Positions 1 through 12,217 of a stretch of DNA of 64,000 nt are shown piece after piece. A program made the translations under genes and the position numbers. Position 1 is the first letter of the stretch, and every line of letters begins with the position of its first letter. The stretch is taken from positions 152,582,001-152,646,000 of the forward strand of contig OZ024743.1 of the NCBI GenBank assembly GCA_964016885.1, given 5' to 3'. The stretch comes from Eledone cirrhosa (lineage: Eukaryota). The notes under the pieces are model-generated. The model ran no database searches. It saw only the letters and a program-made list of their open reading frames with translations, and was not told the DNA's origin.

Positions 1-1600
1 CAGAAAAGCATTCGATAGTTTGCCACACAGTTGGATTGAAAAGTGTTTAGAGATTTTCAAAATATCTCCCGTTATCAGGAGGTTCCTGTCATTCAGTATG
101 AAGACATGGAAAACGACACTCCTTTTGAATAGTGAAAAAAAAATCACTGGAAGCTGGAGAAGTTAATATTAATTGTGGAATTTTTCAGGGTGAATCTTTA
201 TTACTGCTTTTATTCTGCATCGTACTTATACCATTAAGTAAAATGCTCAATGAAACAAAACATGGATATAAAGTCTATGACAAAACCATTAATCACTTGT
301 TCTACATGGATGACCTGAAACTATTTGCAAAAAGTGATGAGCAATTACAAGGGCTATTATCAACTGTGAAGCAGTTCAGTGATGATATTAAAATGGAGTT
401 TGGACTAGATAAATGCTCCAAAGCCACGTTCAGGAAAGAAGGAGGACGTGGGTTAATACAGTTAGATATTGCGTTGAAAACAGCAACAATTGGATTATCT
501 ACATATCTAAGGGAATCACATGATTGGATGATCAAACTCGTTTTGAAACATGAAAGCATCAAAAGATCATACTCCATTACAAAGATGCACAAAGATACAG
601 TAATGAACTACAAATTTCAGAAGTTCCATTTACTGCTGAAATGAAAAACAGAAAAAGCAAAGCAGGTAAAAGTAACTGCAAAGAAAGAACTGCTACAGAA
701 ATTTGCTAAGAAATGGCAAGTATGGAAAATATCCAGAAAGAGCTAACAATCCTGATGTTGACAAAACTTTAACCTATCAGTGGATGGCATCTTCTCGACT
801 GAAATCGGAGACTGAAAGACTAATTATATCAGCATAAGATCAGTGTCTGCCAACAAAAAATTACCAAGCCAACATAATAAAAAATGGATGCAACCCATTA
901 TGCCGTGTATGTAAAAAACAACCAAAGTCCATTGATAATATAATTTCAATGTGCAGTCCTATAGCTCCAACCGAATACCTAAACAGGCACGACAGAGCTG
1001 CACAATACATACATTGGATAATGTGTAAGCATTTTGACCTGTCCCATCAAAAGAATTGGTGGGAGTATCAACCAACTCCCGTACTTGAAAAAGATCACAT
1101 CTCAATCTTGTGGAAATTTAACATCCAAACAGACCGAAAAATAGACCTGATATTATACTGAAGGACTTTAAAAAGCGGGTATGCCTGGTAATTGATATGT
1201 CCGTTCCAATAGACAAGAACGTATCTATAAAAACATTTGAAAAATTGAGCAAGTATAAAGCCATGGAGATAGAAATTGGAAAAAATGGAAGTTGAGAACT
1301 AAAACAATACCAGTGGTTGTAGGCGCTCTAGGAATGATACCTAAGGGGTCTAATGATTACTTATCGCAAATCCCAGGAAACCCGCGTATAGGAGAAATAC
1401 AAAAGATAGTACTAATGGGAACTGCCCATATACTAAGGAAGATTCTGTCAATATAAGTACATCACAAGTCTAAATACCTAAAGATGCATGTGTGTGTATG
1501 TGTGTTCTTTCTTGAACATGGCGGACCTTGTTGTCTCTTGAGGTCACTGGTTGTGACTTGGTGATAACTCGTATGAATATTAAGCAAGATAAATGCAACT
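1..1600 (+). mobile_element. Dong/R4-clade non-LTR retrotransposon, family A, degraded copy running off the left edge
   Basis: RT motifs GIFQG and HLFYMDDLKLF, RLE region (RHD, PVVVGALG). Near-identical to 8623-10916 but with an internal deletion near 431 and frameshifts. The 3' UTR ends in ataataat. Confidence 0.92.
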
Positions 1601-1608
1601 ATAATAAT

Positions 1609-1773
1609 TGTTTCTACTTTTGGCACAAGGCCATCAAATACCCAGTACATTACGTAAGGATGAAAGGCAAAGTTAACCTCGGCGGGATTTGAACTCAGAA
1701 TAGCAAGGGCTGTAACTCTGTGCGTCAAAGCATAGCGTCTGACCCGCTACCAATACTTCCAATCCACCGCCCT
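1609..1773 (-). mobile_element. tRNA-derived SINE with (ATT)n tail, internally deleted copy
   Basis: Minus strand shows an A-box-like tggaagtattggtag, B box gagttcaaatcc, body gccgaggttaactttgcctttcatcc and tail ggccttgtgccaaaagtagaaacaattatt. Confidence 0.88.
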
Positions 1774-1775
1774 TT

Positions 1776-1810
<35 letters not shown>

Positions 1811-1840
1811 GTATTGTTTCTACTTTGGCAAAGGCCAACA

Positions 1841-2232
1841 ATGCTTTCATTATTAATCACAAGGGTAAAGCATAAAGAAAGCATTATTAATCACAAGGGT
1901 TGAATAAAGTATAACATTAAGGACAGCAGAGGATGGTACAAAGGGGCATTTCTGCGTGTAAAGAATAAAACGAAACAATAGCAAAGGAAGTAACAAAAGA
2001 AATTTCCCAATAGGGGGAGGGGGGTAGACGTCAGAGGGCCACTCGTGGAGAAAGCCCACACAAAGTTTCGGTGAACCTGACCACCAGGGCAAGTGCCCTC
2101 TCCCAGTTTTCCACCTCCAATCTACTGGTGCATACTCAGAGGAGCCCCATCCATCTTTCAATAAATTGCTGAGGAGGAGCACTTCACTCTCCCCCCTGAT
2201 TTTCTTTTTCAAATAAAAATTTGAAAAAGTTA
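1841..2232 (-). mobile_element. Tx1-clade element, 3' terminal fragment
   Basis: Matches the 3' UTR and ORF2 end (NF..LKKKIR.E.EVL) of the Tx1 copies at 3443 and 11977. The 3' terminus is duplicated. Confidence 0.8.
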
Positions 2233-2245
2233 AATAATAATAAAT

Positions 2246-3393
2246 GCAGAAAATTTCGGAGCTGTGTTTATTGTTAGGTACAGTGCTGGAATTCTCAAAA
2301 GGAATGTTACTGAACAAAAAGAAATTGATAGAAAGACTAGGAAGCTAATGACTACCTACAGCATATTCCACAAGAGGAGTGATGTTGATAGATTCTACTT
2401 AAAGAGATCTGAATGTGGAAGAGGTCTTATCAGCATAGAGGACTGTGTTCAGATAGAGTAAAACAATCTGCACAAATATGTGTCCATGAGTAGGGAACCA
2501 ATGCTCAAAGTTGTTCTGAAGGAGTGGACAATAGACCAGGGGATGTCCAAGGAGGAAGTAAAAACAAAGAGGATGATCAACCTTAATGAAAAATCCCTTC
2601 ATAGCACCTTTTTTAAGATAACGGAATTCAGAGATCCACAGGCATGGAGCTGGTTAAAGAGAGCAGACCTTAAAAAAGCTACAGAAGGAATGCTAATGGC
2701 TGCACAAGTGCAACCCCTCAGAACGAAGTGGGTGAAACACTAAACTGACAAGGAGGAGGCTAGCTCACACAGTAGGATTTGTAGAGAAAGAGAGGAGACT
2801 GTGGCTCATATCATATCCGAATGTAAACACCTAACCCAGATTCATTATAAAGGCTGGAGGCATGATATAATAGGAAAGGTGATCCACTGGAATTTGCGCA
2901 AACTAATAATTTACCACATTCTGAGAAGTGGTATGAGCATAAATCAGAGTGAAGGTGCTATGGGATTTCAGGATACAGACAGACAAGAAATTAGAACACA
3001 ATAGGCCTGACCTGGTGGTTTTTGACAAGGAAAAAAGATCATGCCTGATTGTAGATGTAGCCTGCCCCTTTGACACAAGAGTGCAAGAAAAGGAGTAGGG
3101 GAAAATTAACTGATACCAGGATTTAAAGAGGGAATTATAAATGATTTGGGACTGTCATGAGATCATGGCCATCCCGATTGTCATAGCAGCACTAGGCACT
3201 ATCTCAAAGAGTTTTCAAGGATGGGTAAGGAACATTAGTACAGCCTCGTTGTTTGGAACACTTCAAAAGGCAGCCCTGCTGGGAACAGCATGAACACTCT
3301 GATACGTCCTGAATATCTGAGGGTGCTGGTAGCAGCTTGATGTTCATTGGAACAAACTTTCCAGTTAAATGACTTCAATGACTGAGACTCAAA

Positions 3394-3394
<1 letters not shown>
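2246..3394 (+). mobile_element. Dong/R4 family B, 5'-truncated degraded copy
   Basis: Homologous to 21750-22920 (RYSAGIL, GRGLISIEDC, RHD, RPDL motifs). Ends ctgagactcaaag followed by (AAT)n. Confidence 0.9.

Positions 3395-3442
<48 letters not shown>
3395..3442. repeat. (TAA)n microsatellite at a tail-to-tail Dong-B/Tx1 junction
   Basis: Direct reading. Confidence 0.97.
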
Positions 3443-3443
<1 letters not shown>

Positions 3444-6400
3444 TTTTCTTTATTAACCACAAGGGTTCACATAAAGTAGACATTAAGGACAGTACAGGAC
3501 AATACAGGACGGTACAAATGGGCATTTCTGCGTGTAAAAAAACAGAGGTTGAAATAAAATAACAAAGAAAAATTCCCCAATAGGGGGGAGACTTCCAAGG
3601 GACATTTGTGGAGAAAGCCCATTAAAAGACCACAGTGGCCCTGACCACCAGGGCAAGTGCCCTCTCCCAGTTTTCCACCTTTAATTTACAGACACATACT
3701 CAGAGAAGGCCCATTCATTCGGGCCATACTTGCTTCTCTCACCCATCTTTCAACAAAATGCTGGGAAGAGAGCACTTCCCTCTCTACCCTGATTTTCCTT
3801 TTCAAATGAAATTTGAAAAAGTTAATCAGGGCATCAGCCCTTTCAAACGTGTCCACCATACTATCTCTTTCGCCATGGCCACCAGACAGATAAAAACTGC
3901 CTGCCCTTCCCGGCTAAAGAAAGAGGGCGAGGCAATCCTCACGATGGACTCAGCTGATAGCTGGATCCGTGATACACGTGACAGCAGGTGTTCGACATAA
4001 ACCCACAAGTCAGCAATGCTCGGACACTGGATGAGTGCGTGCAGGACGGTTTCGTCGCCCTGTGCGCATCTCGGACATTCCCGGCTGACGGCACCTCCAT
4101 GCCTGTAGAGTTTATCCCGAACTGGCAAAGCACCCCGGTAGCACGGCCAGGGATTTCTGGAAGTTGTCCATAGGCCCCGGCCCGAAAGTCCTTCCGAAGA
4201 GATTGGCTAGTTGATTTTCGTCGACGCCTAGAGTTTCTCCAAGTACGTCGTCGCTCTTACCCTCCACTAATCCCCTATAGAACGCCAAGGTGGAGTTTCC
4301 ACCGATCACATTGCCCGATTGGTCAAGGGCTGTGAGCGCCTGAAGACATTCCAGTCTCCAAGCGCTCCCTCTCGGTCTTCGCTTGACCCAGGACTGCAGC
4401 TCCGTCAAGGAGACGAGCTGGGGAAAAACGTGTCTAGCAAACGGCGACCACACCTGATCACCGTCGAGGAAGATGTGAAGATGTCGTAGCCTGAGCGCGT
4501 GTCTGTGCATCATCAACCACGGCATGCCCAGCCCTCCACGTAGCGGGTGTTGACAGCAGATGGACCGCCTGACCATCGGAGTGCGTCCCTTCCACAAGAA
4601 GCGAAAGAGCAAACGCTCCAGCGCAGTCAGGCGGGGCTTAGGACAAGGTACGACGGTCAGGCGGTAGTAGATGACGGACGCGATGTACGCGTTAGCCACC
4701 TCCGCTCGAGCTTTCAGGGATAGCTTCCTCTCGGCCCATTTCTGGGTTAGAGAAGCCACACTGCTCGTCACCTCGTCCCAGTTTTTGTCCGTCTGGAGGT
4801 CTGGACCGAACCAGACCCCTAGCAATTTAACCGGTCCGTCCGTTCAGCGCCCGACGACGCTGTTGGACGGCATGGACCTACCTCTCCAGGTGCCGAGCTG
4901 CAGGCCCACTGACTTTTCCTGGTTGATCATTGCTCCTGTCACCGCTTCGTATTCTCTTAGTGTAGTGCCGATCGCCTCGATGTGTTTGGCGTTCGACACC
5001 ACTACGGTGACATCGTCCGCATATGCTGACACGGATCTTCCGCATCCTAGTTCGCGCGGGACCCCCCTCAACGTCTCCAGTTTGTGCAGTAATGGCTCGA
5101 GTGTCAATACGTACAATAGGGACGAGTGGGGATATCCTTGGCGGACCGAGCGCATGATGTTGAACGGTTCCGAAAGGTGACCGTTCACTCTCACTACAGA
5201 GCAGATGTCGCTGTGCATGGCAGCGATCCAGCCTCTGAAGACGGGCCCAAAGCCAGCCGCCCTCATGACTGCCGCTAGGTAACGATGGTCGACCCTATCG
5301 AAGGCTTTCGACTGATCTAAATTGATCAAAGACCCACCCGTGCCAGGTTCCCTAGCTACCTTCTCTACGATGTATCGCATGAGGTGGAGGTTGTCGTGGA
5401 TGGATCTGTCGGGAATGGCGCATGTCTGTGCCTCTCCCATCAGACCACCAACAACAAGCGCCAACCTCTTTGCTAGCACCTTGGCCAAAATATTGAACTC
5501 TGTGTTTAGCAGAGTTATGGGCCTAAAATTATCTATGTTATCCCCCTTGTTCGGATCCTTTCTCAGCAGTGCCACCGCTCCTCGGCTCACAGAGCTGGGA
5601 ATTCTCCCGTTCTGTTGCCAGTTGCAGTAGACGTCCGCCAAGAGGCCTCCGAACAGGTCTGGCATTTGTACGTAAAGTTCATAGGGCAGACCATCTAAAC
5701 CAGGCGATTTACCCCTTGTGCAGCCAGTCATTGCCTCCCGTACTTCAGCGGTTGTTATCGGCTTTTCGCAACACTCCGCCTCAGTGGCCGAAAGCCGCGG
5801 CAGTCCGTCGAGGTAGACACTAAAGTCCATCCCTCGATCCGGCCCGCCACTGCCCCCGAACAGTTGAGCGAAGTGTCGCTGAAAAGCTTCACACATTTGC
5901 CCGGGATCGAGTAGCATGCGCCCGTCGTGGTCCACCAAAGACCGAATCGTGGCTTTATTGCCACGACGCGCCTCTGCCACTCGGGCCCATTGAACGGCTT
6001 TCGTCCCCTCGTATCTGAGAGCACGCATCCTAGCTCTGACAACGCAGCCTTCGTGCTTTGCATTGAAGAATTGGTCAAGGGCCAATTTCGCCGCAAGTAC
6101 GTCGGTCGCGATGCCTTTGCTAAGCGCCTCGTCTAATTTTCTAACTAATTCTCCCTCTGCTCTATTTTTCTCTATTGCTAAAGCCTTACTAAACCTAATG
6201 GACTCTATTCTAATTGCTCTTTTCAGAGCAAACCACCACTTGTTGTTGACGATGGCCCCCGTCAACGCCCGCTTAACTAGTTCGCTAATCCGGTCTCTGT
6301 AGGCCTTGCCTGCTGGTAAGGATGCGTTTAGCTTCCAGTAGCCGGGTCCTCGTCTATGAAGCCTATCTAATTCAAGCACACAGATCACGAATTTGTGGTC

Positions 6401-7400
6401 CGTGTAGCTGACTATCTTGAATTATGGACAGCCTATGCTAGACCTATCTATTTCCCTACAAAATACTCTATCTAGATATGATCTGGATGACCCTATGCGA
6501 TTTGTCCAATTCCACATTGGTACATTCGGGAAATCCATTCGGTACCTGGCAGACAGTTCAAAACGCCTGAGCAGGTTGGTGAGGCTCTTGCACCCTCCTC
6601 CCCTATCCACTAATCCCACACAGTCCCAGCGTGCATCTAAGATCCCGTTCCAGTCGCCCACTAACACTAAAGAGCGGGACGTTCCTAGAAAGGTCTCCAG
6701 ACGCCGGAAGAAATCAGGCCGCCCTGCTCCTGTCGAGGCATAGACGGCCACTAGCCTGAAAACTTTCCCTTCTCCGCTGGTCACGTCCAGCACCACCAAC
6801 TTACCTTCTGGGTCCAGGAAGATGGCCCGTATGGCGAGATCCAAACCTCTCCGAAAAAGCACAGCAAATCCTCCCCCGATCCAGGACGGCTGGGAGATGC
6901 ATACACATCGTAGCCGCCGAAGATCGGTGCGAAGGCACGTGCTTCGGAGATTCTGGTCTCGCTGATGGCCACTACATCTATGTTTAGTGACCTGATGTCG
7001 TTGAGCAGGTGGCCCTGCTTCCATGACGACCCAAAGCCACGCGCATTTATGCTGCCTATTCTGAGTGAGGTCATGTTGAAATGGATTGGAAAAGATGGGT
7101 AAGACCACTTACCTTTGTTCTCGTAGAGGAAGGACGGTTTCTCCATCCTTTTCACTGCTTGTGGCCTCCTCTATCTATGAGTATATCCGAATATACCCTC
7201 CGGTTGAGTGTCCCTCCTAGGTCTCTGAAATCACCAACTGCGTTGGGGAATTTCGTTTTAATGTCTGTGTATTGTTTCTGTGCTATTTTTACCAGTCTTA
7301 TGTTCGTTGGTGTTTTGATTGGTGCTGGTATTATGTAGTCGTGCTGTGAAATGCCTGTGTGTTCAATTACGTAAGTCATTAGTTTCTTGTTGTGTGTATT
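3443..7400 (-). mobile_element. Tx1-clade (L1-like) retrotransposon family a, 5'-truncated within ORF1
   Basis: Carries APE, RT and zf-RVT regions. The 3' end cccttgtggttaataaagaaaac runs into (ATT)n, and an AT-rich attattaata junction lies at the 5' side. Confidence 0.93.
3686..7074 (-). pseudogene. Tx1 ORF2 (APE endonuclease, reverse transcriptase, C-terminal zinc-binding region), disrupted
   Basis: MTSLRIGSINARG..SETR, GDWNG, SYLDR, TDH (APE); FRPITLLN, DQSKAFDRVDH, VRQG, AYADD (RT); CPRC..DETVLHALIQC. A few stops and frameshifts. Confidence 0.92.
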
Positions 7401-7410
7401 TATTAATAAT

Positions 7411-8559
7411 CAACAATTGGATTATCTACATATCTAAGGAAATCACATGCTTGGATGATCAAACTCGTTTTGAAACACGAAACCATCAAAAGATCATACT
7501 CCATTACAAAAGATCAACAAAGATACAGTAATGGACTACAAATTTCAGAAGTCCCATTTACTGCTGAAATGTGAAACACAGATAAAGCAAAGCAGGTAAA
7601 AGTAAATGCAAAGAAAGAACTGCTACAGAAACTAGCTAAGAAATGGCAAGAAAAGCCTCTGTATGGAAAAAACCCAGAAAGAGCTAACAATCCTGATGTT
7701 GACAAAACTTTAACCCACCAGTGGTTGGCATCCTCTGGACTGAAATCGGAGACTGAAGGACTGATTATATCAGCACAAGATCAGTGTCTCCCAACAAAAA
7801 ATTACTAAGCCAACATAATAAAAAATGGATGCAACCCATTATGCCGTGTATGTAAAAAAAAAAGAAAACAACAAAGAAAACAATCAGAGACCATTGATCA
7901 TATAATTTCAATGTGCAGTCCTATAGCTCCAACCGAATACCTAAACAGGCATGACAGAGCTGCACAATACACACACTGGATAATGTGTAAGTATTTTGAC
8001 CTGCCCCATCAAAAGAATTGGTGGGAGCATCAACCACCTCCCATACTTGAAAAACTTGTGGAACTTTAGCATCCAAACAGACTGAAAAATAGATGCAAAT
8101 AGGCCTGATATAATACTGAAGGACTTTAAAAAGCGGGTATGTCTGCTAATTGATATGTCCGTTCCAATAGAAAAGAATATATCTATAAAAACATTTGAAA
8201 AATTGAGCAAGTATAAGGACCTGGAGATAGAAATTGGAAAAATGTGGGAATTGAAAACTAAAACAATACCAGTGGTTGTAGGCGCTCTAGGAATGATACC
8301 TAAGGGGTCTAATGATTACTTATCGCAAATCCCAGGAAACCTGCGTATAGGAGAAATACAAAAGATAGTACGAATGGGAACTGCCCATATACTAAGGAAG
8401 ATTCTGTCAATATAAGTACATCACAAGTCTAAACTCCTAAAGATTCATGTGTGTGTATGTATGTCCTTTCTTGAACATGGCGGACCTTGTTGTCTCTTGA
8501 GGTCACTGGTTATGACTTGGTGATAACTCGTATGAACATAAAGCAAGATAAATGCAACT

Positions 8560-8560
<1 letters not shown>
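7411..8560 (+). mobile_element. Dong/R4 family A, 5'-truncated copy
   Basis: Matches 9780-10916. Ends aatgcaactg followed by (TAA)n. Confidence 0.92.

Positions 8561-8622
<62 letters not shown>
8561..8622. repeat. (TAA)n microsatellite between tandem Dong-A copies
   Basis: Direct reading. Confidence 0.97.
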
Positions 8623-8623
<1 letters not shown>

Positions 8624-10916
8624 CGTAAAAGATACCATCATGGCTAGTTAACGGCATTACATTCCTGCTACCGAAGAATGATGAGACAAACAATCCCAAA
8701 AATTACAGACCGATAACCTGCTTGACCACAATGTATAAAATTTTAACATCAGTCCTAACTGAATACACATATGACCACCTGATAACAAATGACCTATTTC
8801 CCATTGAGCAGAAAGGGTGTAAACGAGGCTCATATGGCTGTAAGGATCAGCTTCTGGTTAACAAAATGATACTGGAAGATTGTCATAATAGACACAAAAA
8901 TCTATCGATCGCTTGGATAGATTATAAAAAAGCATTTGATAGTTTGCCACACAGTTGGATTGAAAAATGTTTAGAGATTTTCAAAATATCCCCCGTTATC
9001 AGGAGGTTTTTGTCATTCAGTATGAGGACATGGAGAACGACACTCCTTTTGAATAGTGAAACAAAATCACTGGAAGCTGGAGAAGTTAACATTAATTGTG
9101 GAATTTTTCAGGGTGACTCTTTATCACCGCTTTTATTCTGCATCGCACTTATACCATTAAGTAAAATGCTCAATGAAACAAAACATGGATATAGAGTCTA
9201 TGACAAAACCATTAATCACCTGTTCTACATGGATGACCTGAAACTATTTGCAAAAAATGATGAACAATTGCAAGGGCTATTATCCACTGTGAAGCAGTTC
9301 AGTGATGACATTAAAATGGAGTTTGGACTGGATAAATGCGCCAAAGCAACGTTCACCAGAGGAAAGCTGCTGAAGAGTTCAGACATTAATCTTGATCGGG
9401 GGAACGTGATAAGAGAGCTTGATCAAGAACAAACTTACAAATATCTAGGTGTTTGTGAAGGAGACGGAATCAAGCACTCGACAATGAGGGAAAGGATAAG
9501 GAAGGAATGTTACCGCAGAGTCAGAGCAATCTTAAGAACGGAATTGAATGCAAGGAATAGGATCGATGCCATAAACACGCTTGCCATACCAGTAGTAACC
9601 TACAGTTACAATGTCATCAACTGGTCAAGCACAGAGATCCGTAGGCTCGATACAAAAATCCGAAAATTCTTAACCATGCACAGAATGCATCACCCTAAGG
9701 CAGACATAGATAGAATATATCTCCCTAGGAAAGAAGGAGGACGTGGGTTAATCCAGTTAGACATTGCGTTGAAAACTGCAACAATTGGATTATCCACATA
9801 TCTAAGGGAATCACATGATTGGATGATCAAACTCGTTTTGAAACACGAAAGCACCAAAAGATCATATTCCATTACAAAAGATGCACAAAGATACAGTAAT
9901 GGACTACAAATTTCAGAAGTCCCATTTACTGCTGAAATGGAAAACACAGAAAAAGCAAAGCAGGTAAAAGTAACTGCAAAGAAAGAACTGCTACAGAAAC
10001 TGGCTAAGAAATGGCAAGAAAAGCCTCTGTATGGAAAATACCCAGAGCGAGCTAACAATCCTGATGTTGACAAAACTTTAACCCATCAGTGGTTGGCATC
10101 CTCTGGACTGAAATCGGAGACTGAAGGACTGATTATATCCGCACAAGATCAGTGTCTGCCAACAAAAAATTACCAAGCCAACATAATAAAAAATGGGTGC
10201 AGCCCATTATGCCGTGTATGCAAAAAACAACCAGAGACCATTGACCATATAATTTCAATGTGCAGTCCTATAGCTCCAACCGAATACCTAAACAGGCATG
10301 ACAGAGCTGCACAATACATACATTGGATAATGTGCAAGCATTTTGACCTGCCATATCAAAAGAATTGGTGGGAGCATCAACCACCTCCCATACTTGAAAA
10401 AGATCACATCTCAATCTTGTGGAACTTTAGCATCCAAACAGACCGAAAAATAGATGCAAATAGACCTGATATAATATTGAAGGACTTTCAAAGGAGGGTA
10501 TGCCTGCTAATTGATATGTCTGTTCCAATAGACAAGAATGTATCTATAAAAACATTTGAAAAATTGAGCAAGTATAAGGACCTGGAGATAGAAATTGGAA
10601 AAATGTGGAAATTGAGAACTAAAACAATACCAGTGGTTGTAGGCGCTCTGGGAATGATACCTAAGGGGTCTAACGACTACTTATCGCAAATCCCAGGAAA
10701 CCCGCGTATAGGAGAAATACAAAAGATAGTACTAATGGGAACTGCCCATATACTAAGGAAGATCCTGTCAATATAAGTACATCACAAGTCTAAACACTAA
10801 GGATGCATGTGTGAATATGTGTGTTCTTTCTTGAACATGGCGGACCTTGTTGTCTCTTGAGGTCACTGGTTGTGACTTGGTGATAACTCGTATAAACATA
10901 AAGCAAGATAAATGCA
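8623..10916 (+). mobile_element. Dong/R4 family A, young 5'-truncated copy flanked by (TAA)n on both sides
   Basis: Begins mid-ORF (PSWLVNGITFLLPK..NYRPITCL), has an uninterrupted frame and an ~140-nt 3' UTR. Confidence 0.95.
8722..10776 (+). CDS. Dong/R4 polyprotein, C-terminal 684 aa (RT, CCHC finger, PD-(D/E)xK restriction-like endonuclease); N-terminus missing
   Basis: [68 protein letters not shown]. No internal stop. Confidence 0.9.
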   Translation: MTTMYKILTSVLTEYTYDHLITNDLFPIEQKGCKRGSYGCKDQLLVNKMILEDCHNRHKNLSIAWIDYKKAFDSLPHSWIEKCLEIFKISPVIRRFLSFSMRTWRTTLLLNSETKSLEAGEVNINCGIFQGDSLSPLLFCIALIPLSKMLNETKHGYRVYDKTINHLFYMDDLKLFAKNDEQLQGLLSTVKQFSDDIKMEFGLDKCAKATFTRGKLLKSSDINLDRGNVIRELDQEQTYKYLGVCEGDGIKHSTMRERIRKECYRRVRAILRTELNARNRIDAINTLAIPVVTYSYNVINWSSTEIRRLDTKIRKFLTMHRMHHPKADIDRIYLPRKEGGRGLIQLDIALKTATIGLSTYLRESHDWMIKLVLKHESTKRSYSITKDAQRYSNGLQISEVPFTAEMENTEKAKQVKVTAKKELLQKLAKKWQEKPLYGKYPERANNPDVDKTLTHQWLASSGLKSETEGLIISAQDQCLPTKNYQANIIKNGCSPLCRVCKKQPETIDHIISMCSPIAPTEYLNRHDRAAQYIHWIMCKHFDLPYQKNWWEHQPPPILEKDHISILWNFSIQTDRKIDANRPDIILKDFQRRVCLLIDMSVPIDKNVSIKTFEKLSKYKDLEIEIGKMWKLRTKTIPVVVGALGMIPKGSNDYLSQIPGNPRIGEIQKIVLMGTAHILRKILSI

Positions 10917-10973
<57 letters not shown>
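10917..10973. repeat. (TAA)n microsatellite at a tail-to-tail Dong-A/Tx1-b junction
   Basis: Direct reading. Confidence 0.97.
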
Positions 10974-10975
<2 letters not shown>

Positions 10976-11957
10976 TTTCATTTATTAGCCACAAGGGCCG
11001 ACATGTAGGGGACAATACAAAGACAGGGACAGTGGGGGTTTACAATAAGGTCGAGTAAAAGTGCACAATGGCAAGACTAATTTAACAATGAAAATATAAA
11101 ATATAAAATAAACTATGCAAAATATAACAAAATAAATTCCCCGATAGGGGGTGGACGACCCTGGGGTGATTCGGGTACCCCACCAATCCTGAACCACCCT
11201 GCGCTTCTAGGGCACCCAGGAGAGCACCCCTCTCCTCAAGTTAGCCAGCCTATAGGCGCATGGTCAGAGTAGGGCCATTCACACGAGCCATTCTCGCCAC
11301 ATTCACCCACCTTTTAGCAAATGTACTGGGGGGCAGCACTTCTCTCTCCACCCTCACCCGCCTTTCCAGGTGAAACTTGAAGAAGTTGATGAGGGATTGG
11401 CCGAAGAGAAAAGTGTCTGTCTTTAGTCCTTTCAACCTGGTCCACCATATAATCTCTTTCGCAACTGCCACCAGACAGAGGAAAATGTCCTGCTCTTCCT
11501 GACCTAAGGAAGGTGGCGGCTCGATCTTTACTATGGACTCGGCCGATAACTGGATTCGTTCCACACGCGACAGTAGCTGTTCGACATAACTCCACAAGTC
11601 AGTAATGCACGGACATAGGACAAGTGCGTGCAGAACGGTTTCGTCGTTCTGTGCGCATCTTGGGCAGGTCCGTCTGACAGCACTTCCGTGCCTGTAGAGT
11701 TTATCCCGAACCGGCAGTGCCCCCCGGTAGCACTGCCAAGCGAGGGATTTCTGGAAATTGTCCATCGTCCCCGGCTCAAAAGTCCTCCGGTACAGACTGG
11801 TCAGTTCGACTTCGTCGAGGTCCAAAGCTTCTCCGAGTGCGTCATCGCACTTGCCCACCACTAATCCTCTATAGAACTCGAGAGTGGAAGTTCCACTGAT
11901 CGCATTGCCCGCTTGGTAGAGGGCAGTGAGTGCCTGGCAACATTCCAGGTGCCAGTC
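10974..11957 (-). mobile_element. Tx1 family b, 5'-truncated 3' fragment flanked by (ATT)n
   Basis: ORF2 C-terminus (WQCYRGALPVRDKL, CPRC) clearly diverged from family a, with a distinct 3' UTR ending ggcccttgtggctaataaatgaaatc(att)n. Confidence 0.9.
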
Positions 11958-12217
11958 TAATAATAATAATAATAATGCTTTCTTTATTAACCACAAGGGT
12001 TTACACAAAGTAAGACATTAAGGACAACACAGGGCGGTACAAATGGGCATTTCTGCGTGTAAAAAAACAGAGGATGTAACAAAAAAAAGAAACAATGAAA
12101 AATTCCCCAATAAGGGGGAGACTTCCGAGGGACATTCGTCGAGAAAGCCCATTAAAAAAAGTCACGGTGATACTGACCACCAGGGCAAGTGCCTTCTCCC
12201 AGTTTTCCACTTTCAAT

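Noticed and set aside
4671-6743. Long ORFs antisense to Tx1 and Dong coding regions (also 13233-14179, 21897-25019)
   Set aside because: Shadow frames of retroelement ORFs. They recur only because the elements are repeated, and they have no recognisable motifs.
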